A stretch of DNA of 64,000 nucleotides from an uncultured Cryomorphaceae bacterium (GTDB lineage: Bacteria; Bacteroidota; Bacteroidia; Flavobacteriales_D; Cryomorphaceae), in contig CAVUKD010000001.1 in NCBI GenBank assembly GCA_963741985.1, forward strand, positions 42,916-106,915. Direction: 5' to 3'. A program made the position numbers and the translations under genes. Of this stretch, positions 10,025 to 21,137 are shown one piece after another; position 1 is the stretch's first letter, and each line of letters begins with the position of its first letter. The notes beneath the pieces are model-generated. The model worked only from the letters and a program-made list of their open reading frames with translations. It did no database searches and was not told the origin of the DNA.

Positions 10025-11152
10025 ATGATACAGTTTAGTTACTGGGAACACAAGCATTTTTTTAATTTTTGGGATTTCACCATCGTAGGTAGCGGAATCA
10101 CAGGACTTACCACTGCTATTTTCATTAAAAGAAAACGTCCAAAGGCGAGAGTTGTTGTCCTCGAACGTGGTATTCTTCCTTCGGGTGCGAGTACAAAGAA
10201 TGCTGGATTCGCTTGTTTCGGAAGTCCTTCAGAAATTATCGACGATTTGAAGACCATGCCTGAGTCGGAAGTATTCGAACTGGTAGAAAATAGGTATAGA
10301 GGTTTACAAGGGCTTCGGACCCTTCTTTCTGACAAGCAAACAGGATATGAAGCTTCTGGGAGTTTTGAAATTTTCACGGAAGAAGAAAAATCTCTGTACG
10401 AAGAGTCTATAGAAAAACTTCCGCTTTTGAATCGTCATCTTCGGAATGTGGTGGGAGAAAATCCTTTTGCGGAGGCAGATTCAAAAATTAAAGAATTCCG
10501 ATTTGCCGGCGTTAGTCATCTTATTGCAAATGTGTGCGAAGGAATGATCGACACGGGTCTAATGATGAAAAACCTCATTCGTCTTGCAAGAAATGAAGGG
10601 GTAGAAATTTTCAATGGAATAGACGTTCGTTCTCTGGATTACTCAGATGCACAACCCATATTGGAAACAAATATCGGGACAATAAAAACAGGCTATGTGG
10701 TGGTGGCGACCAATGGATTTGCATCAAAACTAATTCCGGATCTTGCATTAAAACCAGCTCGTGCTCAAGTGCTTATTACTGAACCCATCCCCAATTTAAA
10801 GCCATTTGGCTGTTTTCATCAAAATCGCGGTTATAATTATTTCAGAAGTATCGACAATCGGATTCTCCTTGGCGGAGGAAGAAATCTCGACCGGGAAATG
10901 GAAACCACAGAAATTATGGAAACCACCCCAAAACTTCAGGAATATCTCGAAGATCTTTTAAAGCGGGTAATCTTACCAAATAAGGATTTTAAAATTGATA
11001 AGCGCTGGAGTGGTATCATGGGTGTGGGTGATTCGAAAAATGTAATTCTCAAAACGATTGGTCCTTCAACGGTTGTTGCGGTACGCTTTGGCGGAATGGG
11101 AATTGCATTGGGGACCCATATCGGTCAGCAAGTTGCTGAAAGGGTCGGGTAA
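10025..11152 (+). CDS. FAD-dependent oxidoreductase (DAO/DadA/PuuB-like family)
   Basis: IVGSGITG dinucleotide-binding motif, GASTKNAGFACFG, C-terminal GGMGIALG. Confidence 0.85.
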   Translation: MIQFSYWEHKHFFNFWDFTIVGSGITGLTTAIFIKRKRPKARVVVLERGILPSGASTKNAGFACFGSPSEIIDDLKTMPESEVFELVENRYRGLQGLRTLLSDKQTGYEASGSFEIFTEEEKSLYEESIEKLPLLNRHLRNVVGENPFAEADSKIKEFRFAGVSHLIANVCEGMIDTGLMMKNLIRLARNEGVEIFNGIDVRSLDYSDAQPILETNIGTIKTGYVVVATNGFASKLIPDLALKPARAQVLITEPIPNLKPFGCFHQNRGYNYFRSIDNRILLGGGRNLDREMETTEIMETTPKLQEYLEDLLKRVILPNKDFKIDKRWSGIMGVGDSKNVILKTIGPSTVVAVRFGGMGIALGTHIGQQVAERVG

Positions 11153-11153
11153 A

Positions 11154-13844
11154 CTATCTCATCATGCGAATCGCGCCTATATCTTCGTGAACGATTCCTG
11201 CCATGTCTTTAGCAATATATCGGTACGAATATACATCGTCAATGGCCGCATCGCCCGTATCTTCAACCGATCCATCCCATCCTTTGTTTATGTCATCAAT
11301 CTGAAATATCATTTTTCCCCAGCGGTCGAAAATCAACATTTTAAAGGAAGCAATGAACATCCCCTTCGCTTTGAAAATATCATTCAATCCATCTCCATCA
11401 GGGGTAAAGGCTGTCGGGATAAAAATTCTGAACGGAGGGTTGTAGTATTCCAAGGCTTCGGCTTCGCAACCAATAGCGCTGCGCACCGTGAGAAATGTAT
11501 TTCCATTTATAGCTACCGAAGGATCTAATAATGGTTCAAATTCATTGGAAGTAGAGCCGTCATGAAAATTCCAGCTATACCAACAATCCGGACTGGAATG
11601 GTTAATGATCAAGGCATTTTCATGCTCATAATCAAATTCAAATTCAGCACTAACTTTTTGGATATTAACCGTGACCAGCTTTTCTGAATGGGCGCCACAT
11701 TCATCGTCTACCTCAAAAGTGTAGGTGATATCTCTTTTTGGGATAACACTATAAATTCCGCTCGGAATTTCAGTGTTGTTCCAAAAATAAGTGTATTCTC
11801 CAAAACCTCCTGATACGTTTGGTTCGAGTATTAATTTTTCGTTTTCACAAATCAACGTATCTGTCGGCAATTGAATATTCAAAGGCGCATGGGTAATATA
11901 AACCGTTATATCATCATTTGCAGATTGGCCACATTGGTCGGTTACCGTCAACGATACTCCACTCGACTGAGAAAATTGGGCACTGAAAGTCGGACCGCTG
12001 CTCGCGGGCAAATTATTCACCGACCACACATACGCCATATTCCCAAAACCACCATAAACCTCCGGAACGATTACAAGTGGGTTGACACATGAGCCTGAGG
12101 TATCCGGGCCAAGGGAAACATGTAATTGATTGACCTGGGAAACGACCAAAATTTCTGAACTATTCCGGGGCATGCAATGGTCATTTACATCAAAAATTAG
12201 GGGTGAACTATTTGTGAGGATTTGATTTAACTGCAATTGATCGGAAAGAATGACGTCATTTTGAGACCAAGAATAGGAGTATTGTCCTGCTCCGCCTGTT
12301 ACAATTGGAGTTATATTCACTGGTTCGGCGCAATTATAAGACACTTGAGTAGGTGCTTGTATGGTTACCGAATCATAAATTTGGCGGTAAACTACCACTT
12401 GTATATTTTCAGAATTGACATGGCAAAAATCGGTAACGGTTCCGGTATAAATTTCGAGACTATCAGGTGATGAGTTAAATTGAAATCCCTGGACATTCGG
12501 CTGATCCCACAAAATAATAAGCGGTCCATAGCCTCCATCCGTTTGGATGTTCACCAAAGCAGTTTCATCGCAACCCAATGCGATAGAATCCGGATATGTC
12601 AAATGCATCTGCGTAAAATCGATTAAAGAAGAAGCCAGGGTAATCACCGCGGTATCCACAGAACAAATTTGAGGTTGAAGAATTTGAAGATTAAAATCTC
12701 TCAATCCTTCGAAATTGCCGTTATTGGCAACATCCAATTCGATAGTTTTAACTCCATCCAAGGCGTAAAAAGTAACAGAATCAGGAAGATTTGTGAAAAT
12801 CTCATTTTGATTGTCAATGCCAGCAGTGCGCAAATAAACAGTCTTGGTGCCAGTACTGTCACTTCTTGACAACCTCAATTTATAGGAGCTGCAACCTTCT
12901 ACCGCATTTCCTGCTGTATCAGGTTGGATAATACTTAAATCTGCTTCAAGCGGTGCCTGGCTACTAAAACTTCCTGCTTCGATAAAAACTGCGGAATCAT
13001 TCTTGCCGTCTGTAGCATCGGCGATAGCCATTTTAATATGGTAAGTGCCACCGCAAACCACAGGGATTTCAATCATTAAGGGAACAGTAAAACCATCAAA
13101 TTGAGTCGCATTCAAGTCATTATTCGATTCATTATTTACAAAATACACACTGTTTTCCTGCCAGTTGGTGCTTTCTGCATTGCACACGCTATTGGCTCCA
13201 AATTCACCTGCAAATCCCTGATTTACGGTATTTATCGCTACCGGTACGTCCTTTCCTGGTACGAGGGCTACGTTCTGAGCATTGTGTTCGTAATTTGGAT
13301 TTTCAGGAATGCCTGGGCCGGAAATAAAAAACCCGAAAGCATCATTGTACGGTGAACAGGTATGCTCATTGTATTCTTCGCTGGCAAATACATACTTAAA
13401 TCTCAAGGTATCTCCGAGCGCAGTAAAATCAAATTCTATTGCAGCCACATCATTTAATAGTGCTGGTGCTATAATTTGAGCCAGATCAGGCTCAGTATTA
13501 TACTGTTCAGATTCCGGAACAAGGACATGAGCTGTGGGTAAATCGTTGGGGCTTTCGGCAATAGTTACTCCACCGGTGGCCAGAATTATTCCGTTGCTTA
13601 GACCAATATTGGAGTTCTGCGCATTGAAAGTCCCGAATTGGGATGAGATATTGTCGGCTGACGTTCCATTGAACGTAATATTTTCTGCTTGAATGCCTTC
13701 ACCAAGAAGGACATCATTTATGAGTTGTGTAGGACTTAAATCGTTTTGCACGACAAGTTGACTTTTCGCGAAAAGCGAAAATCCAGAAAATAGAGCCAAT
13801 AGCGCGAGGGATTTCAATGGCATGAGCTTAATGGGTTTGCTCAT
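11154..13844 (-). CDS. Choice-of-anchor L domain protein with type B (gliding-motility-associated, CHU_C) T9SS C-terminal domain
   Basis: EFDF...FKYVFASEEY...YNDAFGFFISGPG...QFDGFT...IADATD...DSAVFIEAGSF; C-terminal IFIPTAFTPDGDGLNDIF...IFDRWGK...GWDG. Confidence 0.85.
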   Translation of the reverse strand: MSKPIKLMPLKSLALLALFSGFSLFAKSQLVVQNDLSPTQLINDVLLGEGIQAENITFNGTSADNISSQFGTFNAQNSNIGLSNGIILATGGVTIAESPNDLPTAHVLVPESEQYNTEPDLAQIIAPALLNDVAAIEFDFTALGDTLRFKYVFASEEYNEHTCSPYNDAFGFFISGPGIPENPNYEHNAQNVALVPGKDVPVAINTVNQGFAGEFGANSVCNAESTNWQENSVYFVNNESNNDLNATQFDGFTVPLMIEIPVVCGGTYHIKMAIADATDGKNDSAVFIEAGSFSSQAPLEADLSIIQPDTAGNAVEGCSSYKLRLSRSDSTGTKTVYLRTAGIDNQNEIFTNLPDSVTFYALDGVKTIELDVANNGNFEGLRDFNLQILQPQICSVDTAVITLASSLIDFTQMHLTYPDSIALGCDETALVNIQTDGGYGPLIILWDQPNVQGFQFNSSPDSLEIYTGTVTDFCHVNSENIQVVVYRQIYDSVTIQAPTQVSYNCAEPVNITPIVTGGAGQYSYSWSQNDVILSDQLQLNQILTNSSPLIFDVNDHCMPRNSSEILVVSQVNQLHVSLGPDTSGSCVNPLVIVPEVYGGFGNMAYVWSVNNLPASSGPTFSAQFSQSSGVSLTVTDQCGQSANDDITVYITHAPLNIQLPTDTLICENEKLILEPNVSGGFGEYTYFWNNTEIPSGIYSVIPKRDITYTFEVDDECGAHSEKLVTVNIQKVSAEFEFDYEHENALIINHSSPDCWYSWNFHDGSTSNEFEPLLDPSVAINGNTFLTVRSAIGCEAEALEYYNPPFRIFIPTAFTPDGDGLNDIFKAKGMFIASFKMLIFDRWGKMIFQIDDINKGWDGSVEDTGDAAIDDVYSYRYIAKDMAGIVHEDIGAIRMMR

Positions 13845-13873
13845 TGTACTCCATTGAAAGCGTAAATGTTACA

Positions 13874-16306
13874 TTATTTGGGCATTAGCTTCAATAAAGT
13901 TGACACCGAATCTATCTGTGCTTTGTTCATTCTCATTTTCCGAAATTTTCCGGCGATATACATTTCGGCCTGATCTTGGTAATGCGGACTAAGGACATTT
14001 CCACTGTTTCCTGTGGGAAGAATTGAGACGGCATTTTCAACATCGGCAAAGTCAATTATTATGCGCATTGCAGGACCAAAATCAGAGGTGTATTGTCCTT
14101 CACCACTGAATTTAAAACTCGCATTATTGACGGTTTCAATACCTCCAGGGGCGGGAAATGGTCCTACGTTAAAAAACGTACTCAGGAATTCTTTCTGGCC
14201 GAATGGGTGTGGGTGTAGCAGAAAATGTACACGATCCCAGCGCCATTCAGATGGATCGTCACCTAGTTGTTCACGCGTTTTTGCCACCGCTTTCTTAAAT
14301 CCCTCAACAAAGATATCAGCGCGGGTTTCTCTTTTACCTGAGGTAGTGACATAATCCCACCATTTCGAATCGTCTTGATAGAGCAATTTTGGATAGGTCC
14401 GCATCAATAAATGTGTGCCTTGCAAGGATTGAAATAGATCATTACCTAATTCATCGCGCATGGCTTTTCGCAGAATATAATATAAAACACTATAGTAAAG
14501 TGTGGGTTCCTGATCGCGCAAACGATGATTTCCATCCCAATTTTTCAACAATTCCAATCCTTCTTTTTCGAGGTCTGAAAGCATAGTGCCTTTCTCAATA
14601 ATAACTTTAGCAATTTCATGGCTCAATGCGGCCTCCGTTTTGGAATAAACATCTGTGCTCAGAGTTTTTACGCTATCCACCGTTGCCGGAAACATGGTAC
14701 CGAGGCGGCTTCCAATTCGATTATAGCGTGTATCTGGTGCATAATAGCCGGGATACGCTAAGCCGGTAGAAGAGTCGTGGTATTGATTTGCTGAATATAG
14801 ACAGCCGCTCACAGGGTTTTCAGATTGTGGATTTTCTGAAAAAGGATAAAAGCCAAGATAATTGTCTAATGAAGAAAATCCATTTGCAAATCGCTTTCCA
14901 AAATTTCCTTCCGATCGTTTGATAAGTTTTGAAGCAGACCAGATAGCAATATTTCCAGCAGCGTCGCCATAGGCAATATTGAGTCCCGGCGCTCCTATCA
15001 TACGTACACCTTCCTTAAATTGATCAATTCCGATGGAGTGATTCATCTTGTAAAACGCCTCCACAAGATTATTTTCAATGTGGATATAATTCCAATACAT
15101 ACTCACCGGTTTATCAAAATTAGAATTCAAAAATGAATTAATTATGGGACCGTGAACAGTATTATAAATCGTAATTACTGTATCTTCCTCACCATCAACC
15201 TGTATCTGCTCCTTTAGTTTATACACAGTTTTGGAAAGGCTATCGTTGTATAGCGTCGCAGAACTATCTGTCGATGAAAATTTTTCATTAAAAAAATCAG
15301 AATCATCTTCCTCAAACATGGTAATTCCCCAAGTGTGATTGCGGCTATGCCCAATAGGGGCGAATGGCATTCCAGCCAGAAAATTACCATACACGGCAAA
15401 CCCGGGATATTCAATATGTGCTTCGTACCAAACACTAGGTGAAGCGTATTTGATGTGGGTATCATTAGCAAAAATAACTTTACCCGACAAGGTTCGCGAT
15501 GGACCCAAAACCCAATTATTACTCCCTTCGAGTACTGGTGCTGGTAATTCATCTAAAAAACTTGTATTCAGTAGAAATGCAAAATTTGAATCAATGGGAT
15601 ATTGCTTGTTTCTTAATGGAACAACGGGAGTAGGGTCATTGAATATCGAGTCTGAAAATAAAAACGACTTAGACGGATATCCGAGGTCAAAATCTTTCAA
15701 ATAGGCCATTCCAAGCCGATCATAAATTTCCTCCAGCAGCGGATCTGTGCGCAAAGAATAGGCGAAACTGTAAGCCATATATGCCTCAATCGCAAACATA
15801 TCTTCCAATGTATATTCACGCGGAGTAGATCCAAGCAATTTGTATTCAAGAGGTAATTTTCCTTCTTTTATGTAATCGTTTACACCACCGATGTATGCTT
15901 GGATTGCAACCTTTACAGGCGTAGGAAGTCTCTCAAATTCAGCAGCATCCGCAGCTGCTTTTCGATTCGTTCCTATTGTCCGAAAAAAGGAATCGGTTTT
16001 TTTGAATTTTGGACCGAACAATTCGGATAATTGACCATTTCCAATTCTTCGCATTAATTCCAATTGAAAAAGCCGGTCAGTGGCATGAATATATCCAAAA
16101 GCCCGATAAGCATCCTCAGCATTTGCAGCATAAATATGCGGGATTCCATAATCGTCATAATAAACGTCAACATTTTTCATCAATCCCGAAATTTTAAGGC
16201 TCCCTTTCAGTTGGGGCTGATGACTTTCTATAAATACCCAAAGCCCTAATATAAAGAGCAATATGGCTGCTAAAATGATTCTTATAATTTTACTGAAATT
16301 TCTCAT
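13874..16306 (-). CDS. Penicillin acylase family protein (S45 Ntn-hydrolase)
   Basis: N-terminal membrane anchor, YYDDYGIPHIYA, DRLFQLEL.RR, beta-chain start GSNNWV, ANDTH, GPAMRIIIDF and PTGNSG. Confidence 0.9.
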   Translation of the reverse strand: MRNFSKIIRIILAAILLFILGLWVFIESHQPQLKGSLKISGLMKNVDVYYDDYGIPHIYAANAEDAYRAFGYIHATDRLFQLELMRRIGNGQLSELFGPKFKKTDSFFRTIGTNRKAAADAAEFERLPTPVKVAIQAYIGGVNDYIKEGKLPLEYKLLGSTPREYTLEDMFAIEAYMAYSFAYSLRTDPLLEEIYDRLGMAYLKDFDLGYPSKSFLFSDSIFNDPTPVVPLRNKQYPIDSNFAFLLNTSFLDELPAPVLEGSNNWVLGPSRTLSGKVIFANDTHIKYASPSVWYEAHIEYPGFAVYGNFLAGMPFAPIGHSRNHTWGITMFEEDDSDFFNEKFSSTDSSATLYNDSLSKTVYKLKEQIQVDGEEDTVITIYNTVHGPIINSFLNSNFDKPVSMYWNYIHIENNLVEAFYKMNHSIGIDQFKEGVRMIGAPGLNIAYGDAAGNIAIWSASKLIKRSEGNFGKRFANGFSSLDNYLGFYPFSENPQSENPVSGCLYSANQYHDSSTGLAYPGYYAPDTRYNRIGSRLGTMFPATVDSVKTLSTDVYSKTEAALSHEIAKVIIEKGTMLSDLEKEGLELLKNWDGNHRLRDQEPTLYYSVLYYILRKAMRDELGNDLFQSLQGTHLLMRTYPKLLYQDDSKWWDYVTTSGKRETRADIFVEGFKKAVAKTREQLGDDPSEWRWDRVHFLLHPHPFGQKEFLSTFFNVGPFPAPGGIETVNNASFKFSGEGQYTSDFGPAMRIIIDFADVENAVSILPTGNSGNVLSPHYQDQAEMYIAGKFRKMRMNKAQIDSVSTLLKLMPK

Positions 16307-16420
16307 CTCGGAAGTCGGGTGATTCTATTTAATCGTGAAATATACGCCAAGAATTGGAAGTAACAGAAAGAAGTACATCAATTATTCGGATATTCGAAGT
16401 TTTAAAGGAATATTTCGAGC

Positions 16421-17641
16421 ATGAGAACAAAACGTATAAAATTTAAAAATTCGGAAGAGCTGGAGTTGAGTGCCCGTCTCGAATTACCGGCTGGAACAGG
16501 CACGCCTGAGCGGTTTGCAATTTTTGCCCATTGTTTTACTTGCGGAAAAAATGCCAAAGCTACGACTGCTATTTCACGAGCCTTAACCCAATCGGGCTAT
16601 GGGGTTCTAAGATTTGATTTTACTGGCTTAGGCCAAAGCGAAGGAGAATTTTCAGACACCGGTTTTTCAACAAATGTTCAAGATATAGTTGATGCAGCCG
16701 CATTCCTGCAAGAATTTTACCGTGCTCCTTCCCTCCTTGTGGGTCATTCGCTGGGAGGCACGGCCGCAATCCATGCGGCGTCCAAAATTAAAAGCATTCA
16801 AGCTCTTTGTACGATTGGAGCACCCTTTGAAGCCGTACATGTTCTCAATTTATTTGGAAAAGACAGAGCGGAAATTCATGATAAAAAGAATATAAAGGTG
16901 CAGATTGCCTCAAGGGAGTTCAACATTGGAGATAAATTTTTGGAAGACTTGGAAACAATAAGTACGGCTGATGTATTATCGAAGCTGAAAAAGCCTATTC
17001 TGATTATGCATTCACCTCAGGACGAGATTGTGGAAATTCAAAATGCCGCCAATATTTACAATTCTGCTTTTCATCCAAAGAGTTTTATTTCGCTCGACGG
17101 CACCGATCATCTCCTTACGGAAGACAATGATGCAAATTACGTCGCCCGTGTATTAGGAGCTTGGGTATCACGCTACATTTGCGAAAGCGACGATAGTAAA
17201 TTTCAAACAGAGAAACAAGTAGCAGTGCAAATAGGGAGTGATGGTTTTACCACAGAAGTGGTAGCCGGCGAACATTATTTCTTGGCCGATGAACCGAAGT
17301 CCGTGGGCGGAAATGAATTAGGACCATCGCCTTATGAACTGCTCAATGCTGCACTTGGGGCATGTACGGCTATGACAATTAAAATGTATGCCGATCGGAA
17401 GAAATGGCGGCTCGATAAGGCAACGGTTCACCTGAGTTACAATAAAGAATACGATAAGGACAGTGCAAATCCCGAAGATAGATCGAGTAAAATCGATTTT
17501 TTTGAACGCGAATTGGAGCTTGAGGGAGATTTATCGGAAGATCAGCGTGAAAGGCTGTTAGAAATTGCAAATAAATGCCCTGTACATCGCACGCTGACAG
17601 ATAATTCTGTAGAAGTTAAAACCTCTTTGAAAACAGATTAA
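16421..17641 (+). CDS. Bifunctional alpha/beta hydrolase - OsmC family protein
   Basis: FAHCFTCGK, LRFDFTGLGQSEG and GHSLGG nucleophile elbow; OsmC half with LGACT and KCPVHRTL. Confidence 0.9.
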   Translation: MRTKRIKFKNSEELELSARLELPAGTGTPERFAIFAHCFTCGKNAKATTAISRALTQSGYGVLRFDFTGLGQSEGEFSDTGFSTNVQDIVDAAAFLQEFYRAPSLLVGHSLGGTAAIHAASKIKSIQALCTIGAPFEAVHVLNLFGKDRAEIHDKKNIKVQIASREFNIGDKFLEDLETISTADVLSKLKKPILIMHSPQDEIVEIQNAANIYNSAFHPKSFISLDGTDHLLTEDNDANYVARVLGAWVSRYICESDDSKFQTEKQVAVQIGSDGFTTEVVAGEHYFLADEPKSVGGNELGPSPYELLNAALGACTAMTIKMYADRKKWRLDKATVHLSYNKEYDKDSANPEDRSSKIDFFERELELEGDLSEDQRERLLEIANKCPVHRTLTDNSVEVKTSLKTD

Positions 17642-17644
17642 TAG

Positions 17645-19006
17645 TTGGAACTACCACCTTCATTTTTAAAAAGCCTTCCCATCCCCGACTCTGAAAGGAA
17701 CGACTTCATCGCTGCGCTCCACACGCCTGCACCGGTAAGCTTTCGCATAAATGAAGCCAAAGCAAAAATTGCCACTCAGGCGGATCCGATTCCCTGGGTT
17801 TCTAACGGATATTATCTCGAAAAACGGCCTCGATTTACTTCCGATCCCGCTTTTCATGCGGGAGCTTACTACCCTCAAGAAGCTTCATCCATGTTTTTGA
17901 GCCATATTTTAAAAGTATTAAACCTTAACAGAGCTCCCCTAAAAGCGCTCGATCTATGTGCTGCGCCCGGAGGAAAATCTACCATTTTAAGAACCGACCT
18001 CCATCCCGATTCTTATCTTGTTGCCAACGAGGTGATAAAATCACGCGTGCCTTTACTCGAAGAAAACCTTATCAAATGGGGAAAAACCGGTTTTTCAGTT
18101 ACATCCGCAGACCCCTTTGACTTTAGTGCATTACCCGATTTCTTTGATCTGATGGTGGTTGATGCTCCATGCTCAGGCGAGGGGTTATTCCGAAAACTTG
18201 AAAATGCAATTGAGCAATGGTCGCCCAAAGCGGTGGAAATGTGTGCCTCCCGGCAAAAGAGAATCCTGAAAGATGTATGGCCATCACTCCGTCCCGGTGG
18301 ATATTTGATATACAGCACCTGCACATACAACAGGAAAGAGAATGAAGAGAACCTGAACTGGCTGAATTCAAAATGCGGTGCAGAATCGTTTCCTATTGAT
18401 CTTCAGGGTATGGATTGTATTCAGGAAATCGAATATCAAGGTATGTATGGATATCGATTTATGCCGCATCGCACGAAAGGGGAAGGTTTTTTTGTGGCTG
18501 TTGTTCGCAAACCGGAGGGCCGGATAAAAAAGCAAAAAATCGGTTCAGGGTTATTTCAAAATATCACCATTCCCGGATGGAATACCAGGGATAATTCTTC
18601 CATAATAATCAATAAAAATCAAGCATGTTTTGCCATTGGAGCGGGACATTTTAAGTCGATTCATTCGGTTCTACATGCTTTTAATCAATCCACTCCTGGA
18701 ATTCCTATAGGTAAACTATACGGACAAAAATTTAAAGCCGACCATGGCCTTTCTCAAATGGTTAATACATTTTATTTCGCAGAATTGGTGGAACTGGATT
18801 TAGAAGATGCCATTCTTTACTTAGAACGAAACGATGTTTCAAAACCAAAGTTGAAACCTGGGCATTACATTACCGGTTTCGACGGGTTCAAACTCGGTTT
18901 TGCAAAGGCACAGCAGAAAAGACTTGTAAGTCAATACCCGTTAAACTGGCGCATACGTCAAGGGAGACCTGAAAAATACATAAAACTAGTATCGTCACTC
19001 TCGTAG
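17645..19006 (+). CDS. RsmF/RsmB-NOP family RNA (cytosine-C5) methyltransferase
   Basis: YPQEASSM, LDLCAAPGGKST, VDAPCSGEGLFRK, YSTCTYN and EGFF; TTG start. Confidence 0.9.
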   Translation: MELPPSFLKSLPIPDSERNDFIAALHTPAPVSFRINEAKAKIATQADPIPWVSNGYYLEKRPRFTSDPAFHAGAYYPQEASSMFLSHILKVLNLNRAPLKALDLCAAPGGKSTILRTDLHPDSYLVANEVIKSRVPLLEENLIKWGKTGFSVTSADPFDFSALPDFFDLMVVDAPCSGEGLFRKLENAIEQWSPKAVEMCASRQKRILKDVWPSLRPGGYLIYSTCTYNRKENEENLNWLNSKCGAESFPIDLQGMDCIQEIEYQGMYGYRFMPHRTKGEGFFVAVVRKPEGRIKKQKIGSGLFQNITIPGWNTRDNSSIIINKNQACFAIGAGHFKSIHSVLHAFNQSTPGIPIGKLYGQKFKADHGLSQMVNTFYFAELVELDLEDAILYLERNDVSKPKLKPGHYITGFDGFKLGFAKAQQKRLVSQYPLNWRIRQGRPEKYIKLVSSLS

Positions 19007-19071
19007 AGGATTTCAGAATCTGGCCGGCTTAGCCAAAATGTTTAATTTCGCACCTTAATTTATATATCAGT

Positions 19072-21117
19072 ATGAAGTTAGAAAATTACGTGCTCGGAAG
19101 TTGGGTATCCGGAGATGGAGAAGGAAAACCCCTATTTGACGCTGTTTCGGGAAAGGAAGTAGCTGTGGCAAGTAGTGCTGGGCTTGATTTTGGAGATATT
19201 TTGAAGTACGGTCGCGACATTGGCAATCCCATACTTCGAAAAATGACTTTTCAGGAAAGAGGCCGAATGCTAAAAGCACTGGCTCTTCATTTAAATTCGA
19301 TAAAAGACAAGTTATACGAACTGAGTTATTCCACCGGAGCTACCAAAACTGATAGTTGGATAGACATTGAAGGGGGAATTGGTAATTTATTCGCTTACAG
19401 CAGTCTGCGGCGTCAATTCCCTGACGAACCTTACTATGTTGATGGCGACGTAGCCCCGTTATCCAAACATGGATCATTTATTGGTCATCATATAATGGTA
19501 CCGAAAGAAGGGGTTGCTATTCATATTAATGCATTCAATTTCCCGATTTGGGGAATGCTTGAAAAAATAGCTGTTAATCTGCTTGCCGGAATGCCAGCCG
19601 TTGTAAAACCGGCTACCGTTACTTCTTATCTTACCGAAGCAATGGTACGTGAAATTGTGAAAAGTAAAATCTTGCCCCAAGGCGCCCTTCAGCTTATTTG
19701 CGGTTCGGCTCATGGGATTTTAGACAGTGTACAATCACAAGATGTCGTGACTTTTACCGGATCGGCGAGTACGGGAAGAATGCTCAAATCCACTCCACGC
19801 ATTCTGGAGGAATCGGTACCTTTCAATATGGAAGCCGATTCTTTAAACTCCAGTATTCTCGGCCCCGATGTAGCCCCCGACTCTCCGGAATTCAATTTAT
19901 TCATCAAGGAAGTTCAACGTGAAATGACCGTAAAATGTGGCCAGAAATGTACTGCTATCCGACGCGTGATTGTGCCAAAAGAGCGCATAGAAGACGTTCA
20001 AATAGCACTCGCTAACCGTCTTGCAATCACTAAATTAGGAGATCCGAGAATCGAAGGAGTCCGGATGGGGGCTCTTGCAGGAAAAGAACAGTTGAAAGAA
20101 GTTCATGAAAAAGTAAGAGAGTTACTTAAAACTTCGGAAATCGTATATGGAGATTTGGAAAAAGTAAGCGGTGAAGGCAATATTTCTGAAGGTGCATTTA
20201 TGTCGCCGATACTTCTACGCAATGACCATTCGCATAATCTTGGTGGGGCACACGAGATTGAAGCATTCGGTCCGGTAAGCACATTATTGCCTTACGACTC
20301 GCTTGAGGATGCCATTGCAATTTCAAAAATGGGTAAAGGCTCATTGGTCTGCTCCATAGTCACTTATAATGATAATACGGCCAGAGATTTTGTTCTCGGA
20401 GCTGCTTCCCATCACGGCAGAATACTTGTCCTCAACCGTGACTGTGCCAAAGAAAGCACAGGCCACGGGTCTCCTATGCCATTACTAGTTCACGGGGGCC
20501 CGGGACGCGCTGGCGGTGGTGAAGAAATGGGCGGTAAACGCGGTGTAATGCACTATTTGCAACGTACTTCCATTCAGGGGTCACCCACCACCCTTTCGGC
20601 CATCACGCAAGTATATCAGTATGGCGGCCAACAAAATACAGAAAAGTCGCATCCTTTCAGACGCTATTTTGAAGAATTGGAAATCGGCGATACGGAAATT
20701 ACAGCAAAACATACTATAACCGAAGCGGATATCACCAATTTTGCTAACGTGAGTGGTGATAATTTTTACGCTCATGTCGATGACACTTCTCTTGAAGACA
20801 CTATTTTCGAAAAACGCGTAGCTCATGGATATTTTATTCTCTCCAAGGCCGCCGGTCTTTTTGTAGAAGCGAAAAAAGGTCCGGTGCTGCTCAATTATGG
20901 CCTCGAGGAATGTCGATTTACTAAACCGGTGTACCCCGGCATGACTATCGGTGTGCGCCTTACGGTAAAAGAAAAAGTGGCTCAGGAAAAAAGAAGCGAC
21001 GACGATATTGCCAAAGGAATTGTAAAGTTTTTGGTGGATGTGTATGACGAAACCGGCGAAACAGTAGCGATTGCGACCATTCTCACCATGGTGAAAATGA
21101 AAAATCAGGAAGGATAA
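19072..21117 (+). CDS. paaZ: Phenylacetate degradation bifunctional oxepin-CoA hydrolase / aldehyde dehydrogenase PaaZ
   Basis: ALDH domain (INAFNFPIWGMLEK, EADSLN, GQKCTAIRR, EAFGPV, HGGPGRAGGGEE) fused to a C-terminal MaoC domain (SGDNFYAH, VAHGYF); 681 aa. Confidence 0.93.
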   Translation: MKLENYVLGSWVSGDGEGKPLFDAVSGKEVAVASSAGLDFGDILKYGRDIGNPILRKMTFQERGRMLKALALHLNSIKDKLYELSYSTGATKTDSWIDIEGGIGNLFAYSSLRRQFPDEPYYVDGDVAPLSKHGSFIGHHIMVPKEGVAIHINAFNFPIWGMLEKIAVNLLAGMPAVVKPATVTSYLTEAMVREIVKSKILPQGALQLICGSAHGILDSVQSQDVVTFTGSASTGRMLKSTPRILEESVPFNMEADSLNSSILGPDVAPDSPEFNLFIKEVQREMTVKCGQKCTAIRRVIVPKERIEDVQIALANRLAITKLGDPRIEGVRMGALAGKEQLKEVHEKVRELLKTSEIVYGDLEKVSGEGNISEGAFMSPILLRNDHSHNLGGAHEIEAFGPVSTLLPYDSLEDAIAISKMGKGSLVCSIVTYNDNTARDFVLGAASHHGRILVLNRDCAKESTGHGSPMPLLVHGGPGRAGGGEEMGGKRGVMHYLQRTSIQGSPTTLSAITQVYQYGGQQNTEKSHPFRRYFEELEIGDTEITAKHTITEADITNFANVSGDNFYAHVDDTSLEDTIFEKRVAHGYFILSKAAGLFVEAKKGPVLLNYGLEECRFTKPVYPGMTIGVRLTVKEKVAQEKRSDDDIAKGIVKFLVDVYDETGETVAIATILTMVKMKNQEG

Positions 21118-21137
21118 AAATAAAGACCTTATTAATA

